Assembly: GCF_009914755.1 (NCBI RefSeq)
Contig: NC_060925.1
Strand: one strand, 5' to 3'
From: the human T2T-CHM13v2.0 reference genome, Homo sapiens
Length of the DNA stretch: 64,000 bases
The notes below the pieces were generated by a model, which was not told the DNA's origin, ran no database searches, and was given only the letters and a program-made list of their open reading frames with translations. Positions 1-13,857 of the stretch are shown here, piece by piece. Made by a program: the position numbers and the translations under genes. The stretch's first letter is position 1; each line of letters opens with the position of its first letter.

Positions 1-3000
1 ATTTTTACAATCTGATTAGCAGGCTGACTCTCCGAAGCCAAAATTACCCTGAGTTGCAGAGATCCCTGCTGAGTTCTTTGTGTTTTTTCCCCTCTCTTCC
101 AACAAGTTATTTCCTGAGACAACTGTCACTTCCCTCCTTGCCTGTGACTGTCTCCCTCACCCTCAGCTTTCACATCCAGTCAGTTGTCAGGTCTCAAATA
201 GTGGGTCCTAACCCATCCCCTCCTCTCCCCAGCGGCTTCAGCGCTGGCCACCGCTACCACGGTCTGAGGCTCCTGCCCCTGACTGGCCCTTCAATCTGTC
301 CTCCATCCCGCAGCCAGATCTGCTGGGAGCCGCTGCCACTGTGCTGAGCCATCTGGCCTCAGGAACTGCTCCCTGCTGAGCCCTCCAGCCAGCCTGTGGC
401 CAGCCCCACCTCAGATTCTCCCCACTCCCTCTCATGCATGGGTTCCGTCAGAAACCTGCCCTCCCCCTCTGCCCCGGCCCTTCATCTAGTTTCATCTCCC
501 TGTCATCCACCAGGCTGCTCACTGGCCCCTCTCCACTCCCGCAGCCATGATCCCAGCTGCCCACCTATGGCCATTGTTCCTTCCATCTCTCCCACCAGAC
601 TGCAAAGCCCCTTTAGGAGGTTCTCTCTCATGCTCCACTGTTTCCCCACGGAGCGGAGCTATGACTGCCCTGAAGCTGGGTACTCAGTAAATGAGGGAGG
701 AAGGAAGGAAGGAAGGAAGATTCCCTTGCAGCCCATTCTGGAGGCCACGCACTGCCAAGTCAGACCGTGGCCCCTTGTTATCTTTCAGCTCCACACGGCA
801 CAATTCTCCCCTCCGGCTCAGCCTACTCCACTTTCCACCAGCCCCCTAGCCTCTCTGATGGAGGACATTGCTTTGTTCTCATCCGCAGTGCTTTCTCCCT
901 CCAAAGTGGGAAAGAAGGTTAGGAAAGAGAGCAGAGGTCCTTGTGAGCACAGGAGAATGGTCCTTGCTTGGTTGGTGGCAGACCCTGAGCTGGACCCTGG
1001 AGGCACAGATGAATCAGATCCTCTCCCTCTCCTTGGGAAGCTCACAGACTGTGGGGGGAGGCAGCGAGGGAAGCAGATAAACTGGAATGCAGGGAAAACA
1101 GTGCTCATCTCTGGCCAGGGGAACTGACTCTGCTTGAAAGATACAGGAAGGAGTCCAAGAGGGAGCATCTGAGCTGGGTTTAAGAGAGAAATAGGAGCTC
1201 TCCAGCCAAGAAAAGAGTGACCATGCAAAGGCACAGAAGCATGAGAACGTGTGACGGGTTCAGAGGATGGGAAATGTTCCAGGTGGCCTAAACGGTGGCG
1301 GGGGTGGGGCAATAAGTTTGCTGTGGCCAGATCACCAAGGGCCTTGTCCACCATGCTAGGGAGATGGGACTGTGGCCTGCAGGATCACCGTGTCCATCAC
1401 CTAACTGAACTTCCTGACAGTGTCGAGCCCTTTCTTTGCCCTGGTACACAGTGGATTCCAGAGCTGTGTATAGGAGGCTCCCAAGAGCTACTCCACTGCC
1501 AGTGAAGCCACTGAGGCTCAGAGAGGCCAAGTAACTTCGACGAGGTCACACAGCCTCCGAGGGGCAGAGCATGGACTGGAACCCGGAATCTCCTGAAGTT
1601 AAGGAAAGGTTTTCCCAGGATGAGGCAAACGAGAGAATCACTGTGGGAGCAGAACCAGAGCCAGGCAGGAGAGCTGGACTTGGAAGGGGCCGCTTGCCTC
1701 TTGGGCAGAGGAGGACGGAAGTAGTCCCAGCTCCCAAGGCCCTTCATACCCTGCAAGGCACCACCCGCCCACCTGGGTCTCTCAGACATTTTTAGGGGGT
1801 GGGCAGTGGAAAGAAAGAAAGAGTCTCCTAAGGGATTCCCATGGAGTTCTTTCACTAATTATTTACTCCCAGTCATTCCAAGGACAACATCTATCACCCG
1901 GTCCAACCAGCCCGCCCCGCTTCACCAAGCCCGTGTCAGGCCTCGCACAGTTGAGCCCCCACAATAACTCCTCATGGAAGACCCGAGTACATCCCCGCTC
2001 TCCTGTGAGAGCCGAGGAGCTTCCTGAAGGGCCCCCTGCTGTCGGGTGGTTCTGTGCGTTCTCTTCCCCAAACCACAAGGTCTGCTTACATGCAATGGGT
2101 CCCCCCAGCTAGGAAGGGGCAGCGCCAGGTCAGAGCCCCCGCCGCCCACCACCCAGCCAGGGTCTTCCCATAGCATCTAGCCACCTCCTTCACGAAGGGA
2201 CGGACAGTGGGCAGGAGTTCTGGTTAACGGGGGTTCCAGTTAACCAGGTATCACAGGGTGTTCTCTGCCCCAGGCCCCCATGTCACCAGGGGACAGTGAC
2301 AACTGCTCCCACTTGTGCAGGCTCCCAGGCACAGGTGCTTGACCTCCCCGCATCTCTCACCCCAACTCGGGGAGCTGGTGGCGTCCACCACATCATAGAT
2401 GAGGAAGAGTCCTAGACGCAAGCGGGCCCGGCTGTGCTCCTAGCCCCACCTCAAGCCCGGAGGACCCAGCCTCTGGCCCTCCCTGGAGCCATCAAGATCA
2501 CCGTGCTGTGCTGTCGAGGCTGAGGAACCGGGGCTGCCTTGCTGGAGGCCAGACTGGCCCTGCCCCAGCGCGTTTCCTGCTCGGCAGGCTCTGGCCCTGT
2601 GTGTGGCGTGCTGACACCCGCTCTCGGTCCCTGATTCAAGAAGAGCACCTCACCAGACTCATTCGTTTCTGTTTTCTCTGCAAACATCCCCACGGGCTCA
2701 TCGCTCCCTCCTGTGCCCAGGAATGCGAGTGTGGGCTCATGGGGGATAAATCCGTCTGAGTCTGTATTTTGACTAGTCCCTACAAAATGTGCTCTGAGCA
2801 CTTTGCAGGGTAGAGGTGGGGAAAGGGGAAGACGTGGCGGGTGGAAGGGGGCTCTCCCCTCGTGCAGCTGTGCAGTCCTGCCGAGCCAGGGACTAGGGAC
2901 TACACCCAGTCCCCCAGCCTCTGTGCCACCTTTCCCACCACCCTCTCTGCTCTCCTGCCCATTCCTTAGTGCCCGGGCCAAATGCCCCCTCCTCCACAAA

Positions 3001-5551
3001 GACTTCCCTGGTCTCCCGACTGGGAACTAGGATGTCCTTCCCGAGCTCCACAGCACATTCCTCCTCCCTGGTCTCACGCTGATGGGTGACTGTCTTGCTT
3101 TCCCCAGGAAACCCTGAGCTCCTCCAGGGCAGGCCCACAGCCCCCATACGGTGTCATGTACAGGAAGAGGTGCTAAGGAAAAACCTGCTAAATAAGTAGT
3201 TTTTAAATTGGTTTTTGTGTGGGGGGGGATGTTTTCTGGTGAAAACCAAAAAACCTGCCAGAAAAATTCTAAAAGGGCTGCACCACTCGTTTTTCAATTT
3301 TTACTGAGTGCCTGATCTTGCCCAATGGCAGCGAATTCATTTGGGGGCACCTTGAGGACACCTGCTGGCAGAATCCATGAAGGCCCAAGAGTAGTGCAGA
3401 GGCACCAGCCACACCCCCAGGCCAGACTCTGGGCCAGGCATGGCTGGGGAATAAAACTGTCACAGTAGTCTTAGAACTCCAGGGTCCACATTCTTCCTCA
3501 AGCCCCCTGCTTTCAATAGCACTTTGTGTATGGCTGAGCACATTCTCTCAGGTCGTTTGATGGTCTCCTTACACTCCACCCTCACAGGGTGGGGCAGGTG
3601 AAGAGACCAGCCCAAAGGTACAGTTGGTCCATGCACCTCAACACTCATTCAACAGTCATTAGAAAGAGAGACGTGGAGAGTTTCAATTCAGAGCAGTAAG
3701 TGCTGTGATGGAGCGAAGCAGGGGGCAGTGGACATACAGAGAAGCCACAGCCCAGTCAGAGGGAAGGAGGCCTCAGAGGCTTCACAGAGGCACCACCTGC
3801 CTGGGCAGGACTCACAGCAGCTGCCCTCCTTCTCCTGGCAAGAAGCATTTACCCTGGCTGGGCTCTGGTTCCAGTCCTCCCTCCTGGCTGCAGCCCTCCA
3901 CTGTCTACCAAGTTGACCCACCTGTTGAGTCCCGTGTATCTTCCCACCCAGAAACATCCTGAGCTGAGAGCCGGCCAGACCAGAGCAAGTGACCACAGAG
4001 ACAGGGAGTCCCAGCAAGATCTGCACTGTGACCTTTCTGCCTGAGAACAGTAGAAGGCAAGCGCTCAAGAGGTCTTCATTCTCAACACTTAGCCCAAACA
4101 AAGACTTACTTCTCCATTTGGCCACAGGCAGTACCAATGCCCTGTGTGATGCTAGGCAAACCGAGCCCCTCTCTGGGCCCACAGTAACAGCCTGAGACCA
4201 GACCTCTCCTGTCCAGGAGCATGGCATCTGTGATGTGTTACCCCCACCAGGCCCCTCTGAGAGGCATCTCAGCGCCCATTACTGGCCCCTGCAGATGAGG
4301 TCCTAGGAGCTCAGCCTGGCCCTCAGGCCCCTGGCCCTCACCAGCCTTCACTTGCCCACATGTGCCCTTCAGAGCCGGTTTATCCCCACCACTGTGCACC
4401 TCTGGGCTACACGTAGTGAGCGGAATGCCTTTCCCCTTGCTGTCAGGCCAACACAAGCCTATCTCTTCCCAAATGAAGCTCTCTCACACCTTGCACTGGG
4501 CTCCCTGACCCTGAGTCACACTGTGTGGTCATTATCTGATACCTGGTGGCCTGCCCCCTCTGCTGTGAGCTCCCTGCGTCATGCCTGAAGCTGATTTATC
4601 TCTGGATCCCCAGCATAGGCTAGAAAGGGTAAAGAACAGGAATCAAACATCAACCACATGTGCACAGTGATGGCATCAGGCCAGGGAGCCTCACCGCCCA
4701 GCAATGCTCGGCACCACGACACCGCATCTTCAGGGCCACAGGCAGGGATGGCTCACTGCCCTAGGCTCCGCTGCCCCCATCAGCGCATGATGGGGAAGAG
4801 GGTGGTCTCCAAGGCCCTTGTTCTGTGAAGACCTGTGCTGCAGGACACAGCTGGGGCGGCTTCCACTGGCCTCATATGAGACATGGCGGGGGCTGCTTCA
4901 GGAACCAAATCTCAAATGGCCTCTGCCTGAACTGGCCGCCAAATGGTCAGTTTGGAGGGTGGAGAAAGGACACTTTAACCACAGCACCTCTTGGCTTCAA
5001 CGTCTGCATCTGGCAATGGACATGACAGAACAAGCAGGACGCTGTGGCGCAGCCTGCGCTGTCCAGTGCTGTTCAGAATGCCAGGGCCGTCTCTCTTTCC
5101 CTCAGTCATCCAGAGAGGCAGGCAGAGCAGCGATGATTAACCCCTGTTTTCGGCTGAGAAAATGAGACTCAGGAGGCAGGACATTTGAACTGGCCTTAAC
5201 AGACAGAGAAGGAGGAAAGGGCATTCCGGCAGAGGGATTGGCATCCCTGGAAACAGGTGATGATGTCGATGTGAGAACTGTCCAAGGGTGTGGCTGGAGC
5301 AGGAATAATAAAAACCAGGTGCCACTCCAACCGCTTTGCATAAATCTAGACATGTAATCCTCACAACAACCCCTTGAGGTAGATACAATTATGTCCCCCT
5401 TTTTCCAGCTGGGGCAACTGAAGCACAGGTAATCTTCCTGACGTTGTCCAGCTAGCAGTGAAGGAGCAGGGATGAAGCAAACCCAGGTTCCAGGGTCCAC
5501 ATTCCTCCTCAAGCACTTGCCCACACTGCCTGTCAAAAAGGAAGGGAGAGA

Positions 5552-5675
5552 CCAGGCGCTGTGGCTCATGCCTATAATCCCAACACTTTGGGAGGCTGAG
5601 TCAGGAGGATCACTCAAGGCCAGGAGTTCAAGACCAGCCTGGGCAACCCAGCAAGACCTCCATCTCTACAAAAAA
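5552..5675 (+). mobile_element. Alu left monomer (FLAM/AluJ-like)
   Basis: GTGGCTCATGCCTATAATCCCAACACTTTGGGAGG...GTTCAAGACCAGCCTGGGC...TCTCTACAAAAA; no right monomer. Confidence 0.88.
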
Positions 5676-8600
5676 TTTTGTAGAGATTCAGGCTAGGGCG
5701 CACTCCCGCTGTGTCCCTCCAGCTGTACCCACAGTGGGAGCTTCAGTGCCCAGGCCCAGCCTCTCTCACCACCTGCTGCCCACTGATCCCCATCTGACCC
5801 AGCCCTGCTCATCTCATCATCCCCCCTCCCACCACCACATGAGACACACATAAACCTAAATCCATGTTCCTCAAAGTCTGGCCTTTTGCCTGTTGCCCTC
5901 AGAATCCTGGGCCCACTCTGGACTCCATGAGCAGAATCACTGGAGATGATGAGGACCCCGGGCCCAGGATCCCAGATTCACACGGACTGGGAGGAGCTGA
6001 GCCCCCTGCTGCTCCATGCTCTCCCACGTCCATGAGCTCCTCCACCACTGCTCCTCCTCCATTCCCTCTCCCTCTCCCAACAACCGCCTCGCCTGGAGCT
6101 TCCACACCTTTTCCACCAGCCACTCCCTGCAGCCACTCAGCCAGCATCAAATCATACACTGGCCGAGCTTCGGATTTGCTAATAAAGGGTCCTTCATTTC
6201 TGCACAGCTCCACCTTACTGAATTTGCAGTTTCTCTAAATGGCCTCTATATTCCTTTCATGGCCAATCCTGACCTCCCTCCTACCCCCACTCCAACCCAG
6301 AGTCACACCCACCCAGCATTACCAGGTTCCACAGTTAAACCAACTCCGCCCCAGTGACTGTGTCTCTGAAAGCATAGAGAGATGTATATTACCATTACTC
6401 TAGTCCCACCATGGCAGCAGCAAGGCCCATATGGACAGGAGTCGTGGAGGAGCGGGGAGTTCCACACCTATAATCTAACCTGGAGACAGTGTCTGGCAAT
6501 TTCACACCCAGCCTGCAGCCCACTCTGCAGTTCTCCCTATCTCTATTAAATACCTGACCCCTCAAACTGCCTCCCTTTTTCCTAACACAAGCTTTCTTTT
6601 CCTTCTCATCCAACCTCTCTTTTTCCCCACCTAAAGAGGGAAGGGTTTGAAAAGCTATTTCTAAAACTACTATAGAACAATAAAGCCCCTTTGAACGAAG
6701 CACACCACGTAATGAGGCTTAAACTCACTGCCAGATTCAGCATCCTGGAGCTCAACCCTATGTCATATCCTTGCTCAAAATCCCTCCATGGCTCCCCACT
6801 GCCTGAAGAGTAAAAGGACTCAACACAACCATAAAATAGCAATGGTATCCAATGTACTTGAGATGTGCATGGAAAGAATGTGGTAATAACCTGAAGGACG
6901 TAACGATAACAATAAACATAGCTAGCAATTATTGAGCACTTACTGTGTGCTTTACACACATTAATGTGTTACCCTACAGGGTTACAGTAACCTTCACCCA
7001 GCCTTGCCTGGTGGGTGCCACTATTGTCCCTGATTTAGAGTTTGGGGTTGTGCTGAGAAATGGAGCTTCCAGCAGCCCCATTTCTCAGCCACTGTGGGTG
7101 TAGCTGGGGGAGGGATACTGAGGGTGTGGGCTCTAGCCTGAGTGGAAGTGGGGGACCCTGACCCAGGTGGGGGTGAGTTTTTGGAGGGCTTGGCTAGAAG
7201 TTGGCTGTGAAGAAGGGAAGTTGGGGAAACCCAGGCCATCCTAGCTCGGGCCTGCTTTCTCCCCACTGGGCTGGAACCCCACGCTTGCCCAAGGTCCCTG
7301 CAGGCCCAGTTCTCTGGATGGTAGGCACCGCCACCCTAAGCAAACCCCAAAGTCTTTGAGAAACCCACTCAATCTTCACTGGCTGGACTGGCCTCTCTGT
7401 CAATGGACTCCCAGGGGCCCATCCCATCCCAGGAAGCACCTCCAGAGCCCTTTTCTATCCCTCTACATCCATGTCCATCTTTTCTGAAGGAAGGTATGTC
7501 CCTCACAGGTGCACAGCACTTCACAGTGTGAGGGTGCTTCGTCGAGACCTCGTATCAACCCAGACAGAGAAGCAGGGCAAAGTACATTCCACTCTGCAGA
7601 CAAGGAAATCATCGTGGCTCCATATGTTACACGCACTGTTTCATAATTTAATCCTCCCTACAGCCCCTTCTGAGACTATTATCCCACTTTACAGATGAGG
7701 AAACTGACGCAGAGAAGGGCTGTAACTTGCCATGGCCCCATGTCAAGTCAGTGGCAGGACTTGAACCCAGGTCTCCCTGGGGGCATTCAGTCTCTGGAGG
7801 CCACCAATATGGCCAACTTAACCTCAGAAGATCCATCTTCCCTGCTGCTGACCATCCCAAACCTTCTGGACACCCAGCCCTCGGGGGCAGGCATCTGGCC
7901 AACCACTTGAGATGGTTCTCAGCAGCCCCTGTGGCCAGAGGCCAGAACTGCTAAGTCTGGCTCTGGCATGCTCCCCCAGCCACCACATCCCATCCTGGTC
8001 CCACAGCACCCCAGCCAGAGCTGCCCCCACAGCCCAGCCTCTCACCCCCGCCCACAGATCCAAATTTCCATTCCCTCAGCAGCATGAGCTCAGTGGGGAG
8101 GAAGGCAATCTGATTACAAGCAGTCCCGGCCTCGGGGTCGCCAAGGGTGTGGGCATCATAATGCAGGCGCTCTGGCGGCACTGAAGAGGGGAGGGGATGG
8201 TGCAGGAAGCCCGGGATGTCGAGGCCGGGCTCTGTTACCACCGCACTGGGTGGCCTCCTGAGCCTCAGTGCCCCCACCTGGAAAGCGTGCCTTTTCATCG
8301 ATCGCTGCCTTACCTAACCCTCCAGATGGCTGTGCCGCTCAAAGTGACCTTGATGAGAAGATGCTTTGGGAAACAGGAAACATGACGCAGACATGAGGAG
8401 GCTGTGTCATCACCGTCACTCTGAACAAGCTTTCCCTGAGCGCCTGCCTGGGCCAGGCCTGACGGTGGGCACTGGGCTCACGAAGAGGAGGAAACAGTCC
8501 CGGCCCCTGCAGTCTACTGCCTGGTAGGGGAGACAGGCAACAGGCGGCCACCACACAGGTGCCCAGTGCTGCATGGAGGGACACTCTAGGGACTGCAGGG

Positions 8601-9361
8601 ACCCAAAGAAGGGGCTCTGGCCCAATCTGGGGTCAGGGCAGGTCTAGGATGGCCCTGAATGAGTTTGAAAGACCAATGGGAGTTGGCCAAATGGAGGGGG
8701 TGGGCCCTCTAGGTGAGAAACGGCAGGGGCGCTGGGGGAGGGGTGACAAGGAGAGAAGACATCAGCAAAGCACACAGCACACCGTAGGTGCTCAGAACGC
8801 GGTTGTTCTCTTCCCCTCCCCATACCTCACCCTGTGGACTCAAGTCCAAGCTTATACCTCCTCACTCCCTTTCTGCGAGCCGGCTGGCCCTGCCAGGGAC
8901 CCTTTCTGCCTTCTCTTCTCAATGGGCTGCACCCAGTGTCCCTGCTGGCCCAGGAAAGCCCTGCTGACCTGACCTTCTGGGTACCAAGCTGGGCCCAGCC
9001 CATGAATTAAGCTCATGCAGAGGGGGCCCTGCTGAGGCGGCAGCACCACCCAGGAAGAAAGCCCAAGCTGGGCAGACACCGCTGGGGTCCCAGCTCCACC
9101 TCCTACAGGCTGTGTGGCCTTGGGCAGGCTGCTCAAGGGCTCGGACCTGGGACTTGGGGTAGAAGGAGTTATTACAGACTGGGCTACGTGGGGCACACAG
9201 CACAGTCCTGCACACACACTAGCAGGAGCTAAATTCTCACTATCATAGTAAATTAACGCTGCCTCAAAAAATCCAGGCTGTAGGGTCACTTGGTAAGCAT
9301 GAAATGTTGCACAGGACAACGGTACTGGTACGGAAGGGTGGCTGAAAACATCGGCGGCTCC

Positions 9362-9426
9362 GATCGTGCCTGCAAACAGCCACTGCACTCCAGCCTGGGC
9401 AACACAGTGAGACCCCAATCTCTAAA
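9362..9426 (+). mobile_element. 7SL/FAM 3' fragment
   Basis: GATCGTGCCTGCAAACAGCCACTGCACTCCAGCCTGGGCAAC retains the 7SL/FAM-specific segment (GCCTGTGAATAGCCACTG) that dimeric Alu lacks. Confidence 0.65.
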
Positions 9427-12179
9427 TATACGTAAATATATATACTGGCTCACTACCTCCCCAGACACTAGGGACCACGGCCAGGCAGCAAGTGGTTCCT
9501 AATAAGTCAGGGAAGGCAAGTCAATGAAAACATTACAATCCACAGTAGGCCCGCATCTGTTTAAAAAGCCCTGTGTGTGTAACGAAGCCCTGCAGGCCGA
9601 CTGTCAGCTGGGGTGGGGGTGGGTTGAGGAAGAGGAAAGCCCCCAGGCTCTGCTACTCTCAGCTGCTCTGGACTGTGCGGCCCAAATCCCCACTTATGTG
9701 ACCACAGGCCATCATCTCACCTCGAGAGCTTGCAGCTCCCATGTGTAAAAGGGGAGTGAGAGGCCTCCAAGTTCATGGTGCAAGTCTAAGGGGAGGATGT
9801 GTACGAAACACTAACTGGTAGTGAAGCATGAAGGAGCGGCATGAGAGAGAAGCAGAGGTCAAGGGGAGTCACTTCCAGGCTGGGTGAGCTGAAGACTAAC
9901 CAGAAGAAGGTGACAGACAGGGCACTACGGCAGCGACTTGTCTGTCCTCAGCCAGCCAGCTGGGAGCTCCCTGAAGGCAGGGACCCATCTCACTGGTGCC
10001 ATGACTGCCACATAAGTAGCAGGCACCGAGCAGTGAATGTCCAGCACAGCGGAGGGCTCAGCCCGACCCTGGGCCTCTTCCCTCCACCCTGTGTCCTGGG
10101 AGGCCCCAGGTCCAGTTCAGGAAGGCAGGAGGGGCGCGGGGTGGTAGACAAGAGCTTGGAGCCCAGAGCCAGAACAAAGGAGGGGAGATGGCCTGGAGAA
10201 GTGTGCCGCACCGGGACCCAAAAACTGGCTTTTACTGAGCACCTACTGAATACAAGGGTATTGGGTTTATATACAGTGTTTCATTTAGCTCTAGCAACTA
10301 CCTCTAGAAATGAAAACTCTTCATCTGTTAAGATGGATTAAGCAATGTAGCCAAGATCACTCATCTTAGGAGAGGCTCAGGTCTGCCTGACCCAGGGGCC
10401 AGGGGCCTTTCCTGGCCCTCTTTGGCCCCTAGCTGTGGGTGCCAGAGCATCTCTTGAGAATGCAGGCAGACTCGCAGTCAGGAGGCTGCACTCCAAGTCC
10501 AGAAATGTCTCCAATGCATGAAATCCCCAGGGCTTCTCCACTCCCAGCAGTTACCCCTGCTTTACAAGGTGGGACAATTCTGAAGGTTTCCCTCCCCTCA
10601 GGGAGCTGGCGAGCTCCAAGCGGTTAATGCTTTGCTCGGCACAGGCCTGAGTTTAATAAAACTAGAAGCAGCTAATGGCTAACAATAAAAAATAATATTT
10701 TTCCTTCAAGCAATTAAATTGTAATATAGATCTCACTAATTCCTTCCTGTTCTTTCCCTCGAGATCTCTGATCAAGCACCAGAAGAAATAAATTATGCAT
10801 CACTATTCCCCACTTGAAACTCAAGTTTTAAGGAATCTAAGGGAGAAATATTGCCTCCTTCATTAAGGCAGAAATCTGAGGATTTTTAGAGGTTTCACGT
10901 AACAAGTTACCTTTCTGCAAACACAGGATCCACGACCCAGACCCATCTGAAAGATCGAAAAATGCACCACTTGCCCTTTCTCCAAAGAACCACAGGGTGT
11001 GAAAATTAGTCTTACCAAAGCATAGCTAAAAACTCTCCATGGCCCCCTCTACCTACAGGAAAATAAATCAAACTCCCCCACCCTCACCCCACCCGGCCAT
11101 GCTCATGAGGCCCTCCAACTTTATTTCTCTCCTTCCCTCCACGTGCCCTTCCGTGCAGCCAAGCAGAGCTCACTGCTGTCCTCATACGTGCTGTCTGCTT
11201 TCCCACCATTACACTTTGCCCATGCCGCCTGGAACTCCCTTCCCGCCAGCGCTCAAGGGCCCACCTCCCACACGGAGCCTTGCCTGCCTCCCCCAGCTGG
11301 AACAGGTCATCATCCACTCTTGGAACTCCTGCAGAACTCTGTCTCTTAAAGACTTTCGCCTTTCAACCCTGGCTGACAGCCTCTCGAGATGGCCACATGA
11401 GTCTGGGCACAGAATACCTTCCACGTGGCATCCCCATACAGCCCCTCTCGAGATGCCCCTTCATTGTGCTTAGCATGGTGACCAGTATTTTTATAGGAGG
11501 TGTGTCCATATTCACTGGGTGGATTCATAAATGAATTCAATAACCACTGAGGACTACTTCTCTCAAGACCACGGGAGGGAGCTGGGAGGAGGCAGGACAA
11601 GAACTTTTGGACATTGTCTGGATAGTGGGAAGACGGTCACAGCAACAAACCCCAAGAATGACACAATAGCAGGCTCTGTAAGGAAAGTGGAGGAAAGACA
11701 GCAATGCCAACCTGAGTGGGTCACCCTGCCCAAAATCCTTCAGAGACTCCCCCTGCCTACTGGCAGAGTTGGGACTTCCTTAGCTTGGCATTCAAGGCCC
11801 TCTGAGGTTCTCACTCTGCTGCCAACTTTCATTTCCTATTCCAGTTGCTTTGCACATGCAGTTCCTCCCCACCATTCTGCCTAAGGGACCTCTCTTCACC
11901 CTTCAAAGCATGGTTCAGTGCCACCCCCCCAAGTCCCACCCTCCTCTGGGGGCCACTGTCTGTTCTGGGGCCTCCCCTTACCCAGGCTGTGAACATTCCT
12001 GGGACAGGTTCAGGATGTGATCCACCCCCAGCAGAGATCCAACCCCTGCTCAGGGCTCGAGAAGCATCCATGGAGCTAAACTACACAGCAGAGGAGGAAG
12101 GAGAAACAGCTCTTCTGGAAGGACCTACCCATCCATCACACTCCTTCCACAGTCCAGCTAACACTTATTTAGCATATAC

Positions 12180-12390
12180 TCGGTGCGGACACTGTCCTAA
12201 ACACTTTTGCACGTATTGCCTCACTTCATCCTAGCAACAACCTAGGAGGTAAGTGCTACTACACTTTTACTGATTATTTTACAGATGAGGGAACAGAGGC
12301 ACAGAGAGGTTAAGCAACTTGCTAAAGTCACAGAGCCCATAAGAGGTGGAACTGGGCTCAGAGCCAGTGGTTCTAACCGCTACAACGAAC
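12180..12390. mobile_element. MIR
   Basis: MIR core ATTTTACAGATGAGG..ACAGAGGCACAGAGAGGTTAAGCAACTTGC..AAGTCACA. Similar MIR remnants occur at ~7650-7780, 17630-17770, 20590-20730, 32000-32190, 41820-42020, 43200-43440, 46395-46600 and 58345-58455. Confidence 0.8.
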
Positions 12391-13453
12391 ACTCTATGTA
12401 AAATACAAGGACGTGTATTGGGATGGGGACAGAGCAGGGTTATTCTAGCAACCAAAGCCCTCACGTTTGAAAACCTCCCTGTCTCCACATCCGTTTCCTG
12501 ACATCTGCCCTCTTCTGTGCTGCCCAGGCCAACATTCCGAGGACTCCCCACCCCACCCACCCCAATGCCCCAGACCAGACAGCAAACAAACAGGAAACAA
12601 TTAAAGAACCAACCAGAAAGTCTCATAAACTCTCCCAGGAACACGCCCTCCCAGCTCCAGTGCGAGATGTCAGAGCTGGGGAAGGACCTTAGGCCACAGC
12701 TCTGAAGACAAATGCAACAGGCAACATCCCCTCGGAACGCACTCCAGAGGATGACGCAGAAGGAGTTCCAGGCAGTGATTTTCCACCTGGAAGACTTCCG
12801 AGTCCCTGATGTCAAGGAACAGGAACAGGAGCCAACTCGAGCCTCTGCTTCTACATCCCCTCACCCTCCCCAGAAGGCAGCTTTTGACTGCAGCCTTCCC
12901 TGTAACCCATGGTTCTCTCACTTAGGGTCCAAAAAGCTGTGAGGAAGACTGGCTGCCCTGCCTAGGCAGCAGGTCATCTTCCTGGTCTGCCTTCCAAGCA
13001 CGCGCCACTGCTTGTGGGCACTGGCCCCATTTCCCCATCAGGGGTGAGATATTTGTGAGCACAGAACACCAGCCCTTGGCCAAGCCAGGGACCTCTGTTC
13101 AGCCCTGCCACCTGGGTCCGGGTAGACCGAGGCTGCTGCCAGAAGAGAGCCACTTCCTGAAAGGTCCATGGGCAGAGCTTCCAGCCAGGGATGCCCTCCA
13201 GACCTGCAGCCACCTCTCCACCAGGCTTTCCCTGTGTTTCCCTGCCATAAAAACTCAGCCACTTCCACAAGCATGCCATTTCATGGTTTACGAGCCCATT
13301 GACCTAGATTATCTCATCTGACCCTCATCACGAACCTGTGCGGGCAGCACCAAACCCCACTGAGGAAATGGGATTGGAGACTGAAGTGACTTGCCCAAGG
13401 TCCCACAACTAATAATGACCATCAGAGTCATAAAAGGAGCCACCCAAGAGTAA

Positions 13454-13855
<402 letters not shown>

Positions 13856-13857
13856 TG

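Noticed and set aside
2220-2247. Inverted repeat CTGGTTAAC-N10-GTTAACCAG
   Set aside because: Short, built on a self-palindromic GTTAAC core, and probably an ancient DNA-transposon remnant.
54-13300. Numerous 60-240 aa ORFs in the GC-rich intron
   Set aside because: No recognisable domains or consistent splice/frame structure; many overlap L2, MIR or Alu remnants.
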